From: Blasia pusilla
Taxonomy: Eukaryota
Assembly (NCBI GenBank): GCA_050084515.1
Contig: CM114271.1
Span: 25,296,001 to 25,360,000, forward strand
Direction of reading: 5' to 3'
Length of the DNA stretch: 64,000 bases
Part shown: positions 38,300 to 50,028 of the stretch, one piece after another
How the letters are laid out: every line of letters starts with the position of its first letter
How positions within the stretch are numbered: the stretch's first letter is position 1
Position numbers and translations under genes: made by a program
Notes under the pieces: generated by a model
The model's database searches: none
What the model saw: the letters and a program-made list of their open reading frames with translations, nothing else
What the model was told of the DNA's origin: nothing

Positions 38300-41200
38300 G
38301 CAGTACTTTAGTCCGCAGTGATCCTTGCACGCACGCACATGAAATTCCGGAGCTCCCAGCCAACAACTCCACGGCGTCACACCCACACACATCATGCCTC
38401 AATGAACGCCTTTGGACGATCCGTGTTCACGACAAGCGTTTCACTGGGGACTTCGTCGCCCACCGACCGATGGCCACAGCGCGGATCGCATCTCAAGGAA
38501 TCGGACACGGCATCTAGCGAAGGCATCTAGTAGCAGCTCGCGAACGACGATTCGGGTGCCACAATCTCTATCTTACTAAGATAGATCTTACTAAGAGAAA
38601 ACAAACCATGGTTATAGGCATTGCTTTGTTGTGCCACAATCTTTTAGGCTCATTTTGACCCAGTTGAACTGTTGCTTTCACATGAAAGCGAATCTCGAGT
38701 GTGTTCCAGCAAGCATGCTATCCATGGCATGCCGGGCTTGGGAAGGGAAACAAGTGGATTGGGCCACATATGTCTATCGCAAGCTGATGCTTGACATCAA
38801 AGGGGTATAACGACCTAGAGCGAAGAAGGAAAAACAGAGAGAAAGCGGAGTGGGGGTGTTGTTGACCATCTTATTCAACCACGGGGATGAAACGCCTGAG
38901 GTGGTAACCGTTGCAGTTGCAAAGCTCATCGCCTTCCCTGATGGAACACGACCCGACAGCCGATTGGGGCAAGGTGATGGTAGTACTGCACAACAAAATC
39001 CGCATGAATTGCAACTGAAAGCTACAGGCCGGGCAGTTACTAGGGCTAAAGGAAAACGCGCATGCGATTCAGCTAGGGCTTCTAATGATCATGAAGAGAC
39101 GTCAGGACCTCTGTTCATAAAACTGAAAATTCCAGAGAGGAAAAGAAATGCGAATGTTGATGTCCATCATGAGAGAGTTCCAGATTCTGAGGATAATTCT
39201 GACTTTGTGTCTCCCCCGCACAAAGCAAGGAGGAAAAAAAAGGCGCATAAGGAAGATGGAATGAATGACACCCTGCGCCAAGAATCTAATTCCAGCAAAG
39301 TAAGTTTTTTCATTCTTTGGACCTTTCAGATAAGAGCTACTTCGTTCTTTTCGACAAATTTTCACAGCTTTGACTAATGTCAACTCTCCCTCCACAGCCT
39401 TCAAAACGTCAAAGCTCAAGTTTAGTGTGCAAGGGCATCCAGAGTGGGGTTGCATCAGAGGAGCAGGTGTTATTATCCACATCCTTCTTTCTACTGTATA
39501 ATTCTTTCATTGCGGCTATTTCTTCTCGGTTATTCACAGTTGCGGATGATTTTTTATTTATCATGGCTACTTTCACTTCATGGTGGCTATTTAGAGTTTC
39601 GTGAGTTTCAGTTTCCTTCGGTTACTTTCCTCTCCTGCTGGTTGTTTACAGTTGCGGATATTTACACTTGGTTGCGGTTATTCTCGGCTCAAGGCGGCAC
39701 TTTACATGTTCTTGCCGCTAAATTCAGATTTGATTTTGTGAATGGTTTGGTTAGGGGAAAGGGCCAAATGCAAGGCCTCGACGGCCTAAGTTGACAATAA
39801 GCAGGTTGGGTATCACCAACACGGTGCCGAAGGTGGAGTTCCCGCTTCTTGAAGGGGAGAAGGCATATGATAAGCACATTGCTAGAAAGGTGAAGGAGGA
39901 AATCACCCCTGTAGATGGTGGTGGTGCTCGTGATTCTAGACGAGTACTTCAAACCAATGTAGAGAATGTAGTACAAAGTCAAGATGCTATAGTTGAGGTG
40001 CTAGACGAGTTAAGGCAAGAATTGAAGGAGAAGAGAGCAAGCAGGGAAGAGAGAGATAGAGCAGCAGATGTCATAAATCTGGATGGCAGTGATTCAGATG
40101 AAGACCTTGGGAAGGCCCCGAGTTTGGCTATGTCCAGCCCTCATGTTCCAGCTTCACCTACTGGAGATGATGGAGTTCAACATACCAACCAGCAAGACCA
40201 TACTATTGACAATCTGGAGTGGCCATCACAGGCATTTGCAAGTATTGCAATGTCAGATTGGAATACGCAATGACTTGCAACATCAGGAACTTGGGATCTT
40301 CCTACAGAATCCCAATGGGGTCCGGGGGGATGACGCAGAAGCACCTATAGAGGGAGGCAAGAAAGAAATTTTTTTTAAACCTACAACAGGCACTCCAACG
40401 GACGCTACAACTGAGGCAAGGGGAGAGGACGGACTTCCACAGAGGAATGAAAGAGAGGGAGTTTCGAAGCCAACAAATGTGAAAACACTATTAGTGGACT
40501 GAGATAGCCAAACAGCAGAGACGATGCTTGTCGGTAGGGGTTCTCAAACGGCTGATCTGATCATGATTGAAAGGGATGTGCAAACGTTTCATGCTTTGCT
40601 CATCACGAGGGGTTCTCAAACAAATCAGGCACACCTCATCAATAGATTATGCCAAACTGAGATTGTTCTAACACTGGATCAGGGAGTGCAAACATGCGAA
40701 GCGAGTGGAGAACGGCTCATGGTCACCCGGGGCTCGCAGTATGAGGTTGTACAAGTGGTCACTCGTCTTTGCCAGACAAACACCATCTATTCTCATGATC
40801 AACAAGTGCAAACGGAATTACATCCCATCGTGCTAGATGGGTATACTCAAACCGAGGGTCGTTACTTCTCATATTATGATGATATTGGTGGTGTCAAACG
40901 AAGACCACCATTGCTAAGTGAAGAGTATTGGTACTCAGGTGAAGGGGTTGAGGAGAATGGTGGTTGTGAATGGCGGTTAATTAACCTGCGATCGAAGGCA
41001 AATCGTTCAATACCTGGAAATATCATGGACCCATCTTGTCCTGAAGGCGTGTATGTTCCATCTGAGAACTTACTTGGCAGGAGAGTTCGAGATACGTCCG
41101 CAGCAAATGATGGGAACGCACACTTTGAGAAAGTTAGTGGAGAAGATTCACATGAACCATCAACCACTGAGGTGAAGAAATTCATAAAACTCATCCCTGA

Positions 41201-42520
41201 CCTGAAACGATTTATAGTTGAATATCACTTGTGCTTACGGCTACTTTCCAAGGAGTCCAGATCTTGGCTACTTTGTGTGGTGGCGGCTATTTACAGATTT
41301 CTATGGTGGGGGCTATTTATTGATGTTACTTCTGGTTAGGACCTACTGCATTGTGGCTATATTAAGGAGTCCAGATCTTGGCTATTTTGCGGCTATTGAC
41401 ACAGAGCATGACCTTGTTTATGGTTTATGTAGAGTGCTAAGCTAGTCATTGGTTCTCATAGAAGATTGTTGTTAATGTACATGGACTCCTATTTCTATGG
41501 TGGCGGCTATTTACAGATTTCTGTGGTGGCGGCTATTTATCGATGTTACTTGTGGTTAGCTCCTACTGCATTGTGGCTACATTAAGGAGTCCATGTCTTG
41601 GCTACTTTGCGGCTATTGACACACAGCATGACCTTGTTCTTTTCTGGTAGATGTAGAGTGCTTAGCTGGTCGTTGGATACATAGTAGATGTACATGTACA
41701 TGGACTCCTGTTTCTGTGGTGGCGGCTATTTACAGATTTATGTGGTGTATTGATGTTACTTGTGGTTCGCACCTATTGCATTGTGGTTACACTGTGGTTG
41801 AGATAGAGCGTGTTTCGTCAATAAGACATCTTGTTCTTCTGGGTAGGTAGAGCTTTGTTAATGTTTTATAGGGGGCAGCGGAGCATATTTACAACACCAA
41901 GGTCTATTTGCATGTACATGCTGGATGTTGTAGAGGTAATCTGAGAGTGCTTATGAGGGCCCTTGCGGCTATATACAGTTACCATTGGATTGCCACAGTA
42001 CTTACGACAATGTGTACTCCTCATCTCGGTTGTGGGGTCTCTTGTGCAGGATACCAAGGAAGAAAATGATCTACCAACTTCATCAATACAACAAAATGAA
42101 GCAGAGGTTGTTGATGAGCGGATATTCCAACTCTGCATGGAATATGTAGGTGTGAAACCGGAACATTCCTTGCATCTACATTGCTGGGAGGAAAAAATTG
42201 ATCGAAAGGAAAGAAGCTTGGCTAGACTAGACAAGTATTTAGATGTTCTTGAAAATAGACACACAACTTTGATATGTGAGAGGGAGGAACTATACTCAAA
42301 CCTAGGACTATCAGGTTATGACTCGGCAGGATTATGGTTGGAGGCATTGGAAAGGGTATCCGGCATGAGAGAGTCTATTTCGAGGAGTTCAGCATTTCAC
42401 AGTGAACTCTTTAAGATGTTAGGAATCTCAACAGAAGAAGGAGACAAGGAATCCGCCCGAGCAAATGCTCTTAAGGAAATAGGGGGATTGAAGAGACTTG
42501 CTGAAAGTCCTGCAAGGTGA
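38300..42520 (+). pseudogene. Multi-exon TE-associated gene: plant-transposon-protein-like N-terminus, coiled coils and a QT-repeat array (lesioned)
   Basis: 38590-38880 reads NHGYRH...CVPASMLSMACRAWEGKQVDWATYVYRKLMLDIKG...VGVLLTILF, like accessory ORFs of plant TEs. Phase-0 splice junctions at 39299^39398 and 41171^42050 join open frames. In-frame stops (e.g. 40500) and frameshifts present; junctions near 39.5-39.8 kb unresolved. Confidence 0.55.
41270..41830. repeat. ~220-bp imperfect tandem triplication within a putative intron
   Basis: tggtggcggctatttacagattt...gatgttactt.tggtt...cctactgcattgtgg occurs at ~41278, ~41498 and ~41717. Confidence 0.85.
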
Positions 42521-43200
42521 TAGTACATCATTGTATACAATCTAATGTTTTAATACACGTTTTTGAGAAATTTTTGAGGATATATGTTTCTGTGTGCATA
42601 TTATCCCCAAGATTCATGGGTGCTACATTTAATGAGCAACATTTGACAAATCTATCCTATTTCTCTTTAGTCGCACTCTATTTCTCTGTAGCCGCAGATT
42701 CTCTATAGCAAATAGCTCACAATGACGGTTGTTCTAGCCACTCTGTATTTAGCCGCAGCTCTCGATTCAAGCTCTGTAACACCCTACATGCGTCGTCGCC
42801 CTAAAGTCTTTTCCACATGATCACCTCCGTCTCCTACATGACCCTCGAACAGACCCCTCCATTAGGAATGATAATACTCTCAAACTAAATTATATTTACG
42901 TATTTAGACGCAGGTTTCTCTTGCGGCTAAATAATTGTCTTTCCCGCCATTTTCTATTAGGTGTCATGCCTCCTACTACCTACTGCGACCACGCGCTATG
43001 AGAAAAACACCGATTCTGCCGGTGCCGACACAAATCCTTACCTGCTGGAGCTTGTAAAAGGGCCTCTTAAGTGAAAATAGTTGGGGTGGGGCTGCCCTAG
43101 GCACAAAAGATCGATTGGGGGCCGCTTAAGCGAATAGCTCGAAAATCGTAGATCTCAATAGGCGAGAGTTTAAAACCAGATACATACTTTCAAATAATGA

Positions 43201-44368
43201 TGTAGATATGATGAGCATTAGTTTAACTACTAGGAAATCTTGTCATGCATAAGGAGCTAATGATGCCTAATTTGAATTACCCATCATTATTCACCTCTAA
43301 ACTACCCCAAATAAACCCCGTCGTAGATGTCGTCCTCTACTTCAGCTTGCTTCACCCCAAAGCATTCATGACCTTGAGTTTTACAAGCGGAAGTCTTAGT
43401 CTCGTAGAGCAAGTCCCAAAGTCTTAACTGGTTGCAAGTTGCACGGGTAGTCGAGAAGCCACCAAGCGCTAATTAGGTCAAGTCTCTCCAAGTGTATACT
43501 ATCTCCCTAGGAAGCCTTTTCCCTGAGCCTTGACCAATTTCCCCAAGTCGCTCACTTAAACTAGAGCGCATTGGTTAATTCCTCAAGATACGTCCCTAAG
43601 CTCAAACTTGAAACACGACAAAAAAATTCATCTTAATTAGTTCTTGGTTCAAAGTCTTGAGTGGGTAGAGAGAGAGTGTGTGTGTGTATGTCCCCCTATA
43701 TAGATACTTCTAAAATTCTCCCACGAAATCCTAACTTCCCCATTATTTCCATGTGGACATTAATTTTGGCCCTCAACCCAAACGTAGTTTTTGACTTGCA
43801 AACCAGTGCTTAATTAGTGATCCATCAAGATGGCTTGGCGGAGGCTTCTTGCAACTCATGCAACTCTCGCCTCCCCGAATGCATCTTGGAGCTTGGACTC
43901 ACATTTTATGTGTTTTATGACTACTAGACTAGCACCCATCTTGACTCCCCGTTTGCCATCTCATGGTTATCGTGTTGTGCTTTGCATTTTTTGACTAGTC
44001 TCGTGGTATCTCATCCATCTTGACTACTTATGTATTCCTTGCTTCTCGCCCTTGATTTTGCGCTTGGCTCCAATGTCTCAAACGTGCTTGCCTTGCCTTT
44101 GTCCGCGCGAGTAGCTACACCCCTTTCTAATCTAAGGCTAGTCATAAGACACATGCGTGTCTCTCCTAGTGTTAGTCCCACGACTGTATTCCATTGCCCT
44201 TCCTACTAGTTCCTAGTCTCTTGGCTAGCTAGTCTCAGTGTCGACTTTGGTGAGTCACACCAATGTCTTTCCTCCTTGTACCCGCAATTATGATTTGCTT
44301 TGTAGGTCCTCGCTAGCTGGTAATTGGGCACCATAGACTTAGCTATTCAAGATACTCCCCACTTAGTT
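43201..44368 (-). mobile_element. LTR (~1.15 kb) with adjacent PPT
   Basis: Minus-strand PPT aactaagtggggag at ~44354-44367; minus strand ends ...tctaCA at 43201; similar to the 3.9-4.96 kb segment. Confidence 0.55.
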
Positions 44369-45129
44369 GAATCCGCATCTTTGTCGACTTGAATTAGGAT
44401 CCCCTAAAGATACCATAAGCAATCTCCTTCCCATGGAAAAAATCCCCTTGTTGGAAATAAGGGTTTGGAGCATGTGCATATGACTCTAGTGTATTTGATG
44501 CTCCTCCTTGTTTAGAAACATTTAAAACAAACACAGGCCGTGCATATAAAACGAGAAACTTGAAAGGGAAGAGATTTTGTAGAAGTATCTTCATACATAA
44601 TAATACTCAATAGGATATAATAAAACAAGTATCGTATACTCCTAATTGGAATCCATATATGGCCGTTGTGAAGGAATAAAACTCCTTGCCCGTTGTGGTT
44701 GTCATGCTAATGGATAAGGCCATGAACTAAAAAGTTATGGTGGAGGTGTAGGGACAAACCATCTTCATGGAGTAGGGTTCCATTGCATCATGCTTGGATC
44801 CTATCCCAACCCAAGATATGATGGTGGAGACACACTCCCTCTTCCTACACAACCATTATTTGTTACCAAAAGGTGGCATGTTCCAACATTTAACCACATA
44901 CTTAGGGGTTTCACAACCTGGATCCCTGAATCCCTCTGCTCTCTTCCCATCATCCCCTCTGGCCTATTTAAGTAGGGTAAACTTCTAAAAATGTGCATGA
45001 AATTGTATCAAACTTGAATACTATCAAGTTACCTACAATAAAGCTATCACATGACAATACATCAAAATTATTAACAAAGATATGTAGTGAATAAACACTT
45101 CAACAATATCGGTTCATTTGTTGGAGGAC

Positions 45130-46620
45130 TACGAGAAGGATCTTCATACTCTTGAAGCTCTAATATATATTGAGGGTCTTCACTAAAAGGCACAACATGA
45201 AGCAGATCGAGTAGACGAAGATTATGGTTATTTTATTCAATTTTTCTTTTTGAACTTGGAAACACCTAGATTTTATAATCAAAGACTCTGCCTTGGTTGT
45301 TTCTTGGATGCCTCCAAAATAAGATATGATATCTTTTTCCTCATGTGAGACTTCTCGCGTTTGTTGTGACTTCAGCAATCCAAGATCAGCAATTGCAATT
45401 AGGAGTAAATAAGACGTGCAATATCACTCATAATATTCCCCAAAATTCCAAGTATGAAGCATATCAGTTATCCCAAAAAAAGATTTATGATAAAAGGACA
45501 CTACCAGAGATAATAGCTTCAAGAGCCTTTCTCAACCTCTCATTTTCCTCATGCATAAGTTCATAAGGGTTCCCAAGAAGGTCCTCCTCAAGATTTGAAT
45601 GTGTGTCATCGAGCGACTCTAAAATACTCTAATCTGATGTACTTATCCAATCCCGCTTACATATTTCCTCTCTATCATTGATATATACAATTACTCTTTA
45701 GCTTAGAGAGTTTCGTCTTCTCATCCATTGGCCTTAAGAAAAAGGCAGATACAGGTCCCCCTTGATTGAACTTCAAGAATCTAGTAAACATGCCAAGCTA
45801 CTCATACCCCTCATTGGACTCTTCATTCAATGAGCCAATTTCTGAACATACATCTAGAACGGCTACACTGGCAAAGTCTCTACGTGCTATGGCCATTTGC
45901 TGACCACTTAGCTCTATGGCTCCAAGATTATTCAATATTGGAAATCTATCAGGCGAGTGCATAGGAGCCTCAAGACCACAATAGCTTTCATTATCCCCAT
46001 AGTTGAAATTAGACTCCTCTGCAAATACTTGGCATTCCCTAGCTTATGTTTGCAAGACCACTTTCCACCCACTTCCTTCACTAGCATCACGAAAAAAATA
46101 CTTTGCTCAACTTGAGTAGGTTTACAAGGAAAAATTTTAAACATTTGGAATGATGGTTTAAAAGTTAAAGGTTACAATGGAGTTGCGCTTCCGTATTCCT
46201 CGCCATCATCCCAAACCCATATCCTCAGACTTCTGAAAGCCTCAAATATCTTCATAAATTTTGTAACAAATCCCATGGCCTTATCCTCAACATAACCTGA
46301 TGCCATATATGAATCCCTTTGATTGACCTCTTATCTCACATCGTAATTGTTCTCATATATCTTTCCATCGGGTACATCCATCGACATGCCACTAGTCCAC
46401 AAGTATCAAGCTCTTATACAATATGGATGAGTAAATATGTCAAAACATCAAAGAACGTACGAGGGAATTGTATCTCTAATAGACACAAGGTCACAAGAGT
46501 ATCTTCGTAGATCCTCTCTAGTTGGGATGGATTACAGACTTTGACATATGAGCTTCTCATGACCTTACTTGATCTCATGATAGTCATTCACACCTCTTCT
46601 TTCATGAGTCCATATAAGGA
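45130..46620 (-). mobile_element. CACTA/En-Spm transposase remnant (DUF4218-like region)
   Basis: TLCLLEIQFPRTFFDVLTYLLIHIV*ELDTCGLVACRWMYPMERYM, plus downstream YFGGIQE; heavily degraded. Confidence 0.85.
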
Positions 46621-46647
46621 ATAAGATTCGATAGAAGGAATATATAC

Positions 46648-48960
46648 CGAGGTTGCACGGAAATGGATTAGTCTATCTATGGGACAGACATGTCAAAGTG
46701 AGCCCCGACATGGGTCTTTTTGATGCCCAAGTTGCCTACACGGGCTCCAAATGCGCAAATAGGTGTTGGCCAAAGAGTTACAGACATGCGGCAAGGTTGC
46801 ACAAAAACATTCAAGTTAGTCCATGGGATGGACATGCCAAATCGGTCCCCCGCCTGCACCTGAGCCCGCCCGTCGAGCCCGTCAAGCTCGTAACATAGAA
46901 TTGGTCTTGGCCAATCTACACCCATTTTAGCATGCATGAAGCCCACGCGCGGCGATCTTAGGCCCTCGGTCTGTGCAGGCCCTACGGGGGCTTGAGCCCG
47001 CCAAGTGGGCCTTGTGCGGCTCAGACGCGGGTCAGAACTCACCCAATGGGAGCCCAATCTTCCCTATAGGCATGTCATAAGCTACACATGGGCTTCATGT
47101 GGGCTACAAAATAGGTACGGGCTGGCCGAGCCTGGATGTACATTACAGGATCAACGTGCTCGAGAGCAGGCCATGGGTACCCGGACGCGCATGTACATGT
47201 TTGCCTTAGGGACGGACATTAGTCTGTGGACACAGACTTTATTCATGTGCAACCTTGGCATGCGGTTCGCGAGTCTTATGAGGACCAAATGTGGGTCAGG
47301 ACCGTGCAAGCTAAGTGTGGGGTGAGCGCAACGCAGGTTGGGCTAGAGCCCACGCATTTAGGGTTGAGTGCGGGCCTTCTGGGTCTAGAGCACGTTGGGT
47401 TACGGCCTAGATCAAGCCCGTGCAGGATGGAGCGGCCTAGGCTAGGACCCATATGGGCCAGGCGCATGCTGGTGCGGGCTGATGCGGGTCGCTGCAAGAA
47501 GAGTGCTGGCCCCACTGGTTGCAAGCCATCCGAGTGGATGCAAGCGTAGGCTCGGGCAAGGTTGGGAGGGTGGGGGCCCTAGGGTTGGGTTTGGGCCTAA
47601 ACGCGGGGCACATACAGGATCGTTTAGGGTCATTTGTAGGTAGGGACTCTAGTGGTAGGTTCCAGAGGCCATGTGATTTGTATTTGGAGGTGGAGAGGAA
47701 AGGCGAAGATTAGAGTGTAAGTGAATAGGGTGGTTATGTTAGTGGATAGGTTAGTTGCAAATGAAGTTGGTGAAGAAGTTAGGATGATTGAAAAAGGATT
47801 GGGATTAGCAAAATAATGCAAAATATGATTTGCTACATGATTACTAGTGGAGTTTATTCAGGAATTAATAGTAAGTGGAGGTAGATTAGAAAAATGAATT
47901 AAGGGTTCATTTGCTTCCTTCCATGCTCCCCTACATCAACTTGCTCATTTCTAGTATTATCTCACAATCTCATTCCTCTCCCCATGTCTCCCTCTCTCTA
48001 CTCTTTCTTCAAAGTTTATTTCTCCACAGATAGATGAACTTGATAAGTGAGTATATGTTTTGCCATTGGATAACCTTGATAATTTCAAGTATCTTGGTTA
48101 TCTAGATTAGCATATTGATGTTTCTTGTTCATAATGAGTGTTCCAAGGTTTCTATTGGAGGATTCACGGACAATATATAATGTAATTTTCATATCCTTCA
48201 CGGTCCAAGTAATAGTCTCAATGAATGCAAAGGGGTAGTTAGGTCGAGTCGGGCAACGAGTAGTATTGGAAAGAATCAAGCTGATCTAAGGAATTCTTTC
48301 AACTTCCAAGGAGTAGAAGTTGCAAATGACACGTGGGAAAAGTGTTTCTATGAATGAGGAATATCATCCAACATAGTACGACAAGATGCTTTCAAGAAAG
48401 AAGTGTTGGAAACAACAAAGGTGAAGGGCCACTCAAGTCCTAGTTACAATTCCTTGTGCACTACCATTCTACTTGAGAAACGTATGGGGAAGGTTAAGGA
48501 AATAATTGATTCTGTATTGGATAATTTGGGTTTGGGAGCCACCATCATCACAAATGCTTGAATCAATGTGAGGAGCGAATCTTTAGTGAACATCATGGTC
48601 TCGTGTCCACAAGGTGAGTTCATAATCGAATCTATAGACACAAAAGGAGAATCCCAAGCGGTTAAATGGTTGGTAGATCACTTAGAGAGGACTATCGTGA
48701 GTATAGGTCCAAAGAATGTGTTGCAACTTGTGACAGACAATGCTAGCAATGAGCGAGCAGTGGGGAAACTTATTGAAGCAAAGTTTCCTCACATACTTTG
48801 AGGTGGATGTGTATCACAATCTTTTGATCTCGTATGTGAAGAATGGGATAAGTGGCCTTGGGTGGATAGAATTTTTGTGCGAGCTCGTGAGATGGTGGTA
48901 TTTGTGAAGACAAGAACTTGGATAATGGCCAAATTCATCGTTGTCTTTTAACAATAATTT
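46648..48960 (+). mobile_element. hAT transposon 5' part with DUF659-type transposase remnant
   Basis: TIR cgaggttgca at 46648 and a GC-rich subterminal region. 48540-48920 reads NIMVSCPQG.FIIESID...IGPKNVLQLVTDNASN..AVGKLIEAKFPHI..GCVSQSFDL. Interrupted at 48961. Confidence 0.88.
46792..47257. mobile_element. hAT-type MITE (466 bp) nested in the hAT subterminal region
   Basis: TIRs caaggttgcac...gtgcaaccttg; TSD acatgcgg/gcatgcgg (7/8). Confidence 0.85.
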
Positions 48961-50028
48961 TGTGGATGTTCTCCATAGGGCATATGAAGGCCGAAATTGT
49001 CATGTGCCTACTCTCCTTGAATGTTAATCTTTGTTATTGAATCGTGCATTCAATAGGTCACGCTCTCAACGCTGATCTGCATCCAAACATGCACTCACAT
49101 TAGTCGAGTTTGGATCAATCAGAGGTTCTAACTTGCCGAGTCCTCGACTCGACCTCTCATCAAGTTCAACCTTCCTAGTTTCGTGGTTTACAACACATGA
49201 AAGTCTCGAAAGACATGGGACAGACTTTCTGGTCAGTTAAGGAACCTCAAATGGCGTTTTGCGCTTGGCGGTTCCAACTGTCCAACGGGCATCCAATGAG
49301 TCCATAATCAAGACTCACACAAAATGAATCACAAGTTGGAATCAAAGTGTGGCTTACAAAATCCACTCCCTTGGATCAGGTTTGGGTTTCGAGTTCCAAC
49401 GCCAAACTCCCGTTCCATCCTGTGCCCTTGGGATGCCGTTTGGCACTCAAAGTGGGGTTCATGTTCCACAACTCCTTGAAGAGACTCCCCCTTACTAGTA
49501 CTTTTGGGAATCAGTGGGGTCCCCCTAACTTTACAGAAAGATAGCCGGGCCCCTCAGATTTGGCCCTCAATCCGATTGCTCTCACCGTTGTTTTCGGCCA
49601 ATGTCTAAGCATGTACTTATGGGTTTGCTAAGATCTTTGGTGTGTTGGAAGCGTATAGGGATAAGATTTTCCAATGCGCCCTTAATTTTCCCCAACGCAT
49701 CTTGGGGCTAAACTTTATGGTCCAAAATATAGTAAAATTACCCAAACGCTAGTCGTGTTCCAAAGCTGGTTCACACCTCTTTGGCAACCAACCTTCCAAG
49801 ACTCAACTCATCTCAAGTCTTGGTTCGCGTTTGGCCTAGGTTTCTTGGTCGCGACCACTAATGCCTGAAATGCACAACTATGTTCCGCGTTTCGTCTCTT
49901 GGACTTTTCCAAGAGACCTTTCCTAAAGCCTCTCCAAAGCGCAATCATTGTAGCGTGAGTCCACTAGAGTTCTGATGTTCCGCTTGGCGCCTACTTGGTG
50001 TTCGTTTGGTAATGAGGGTCGTGACACA
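48961..50028. mobile_element. Probable solo LTR
   Basis: TGTG...CACA termini, flanking 5-mers aattt/aatct (4/5), non-coding, truncates the hAT transposase. Confidence 0.55.

Noticed and set aside
35315-43050. TIR/TSD pair defining the 7.7-kb block (aggt...acct)
   Set aside because: Only a 4-bp inverted match and no 3-, 5-, 8- or 9-bp TSD.
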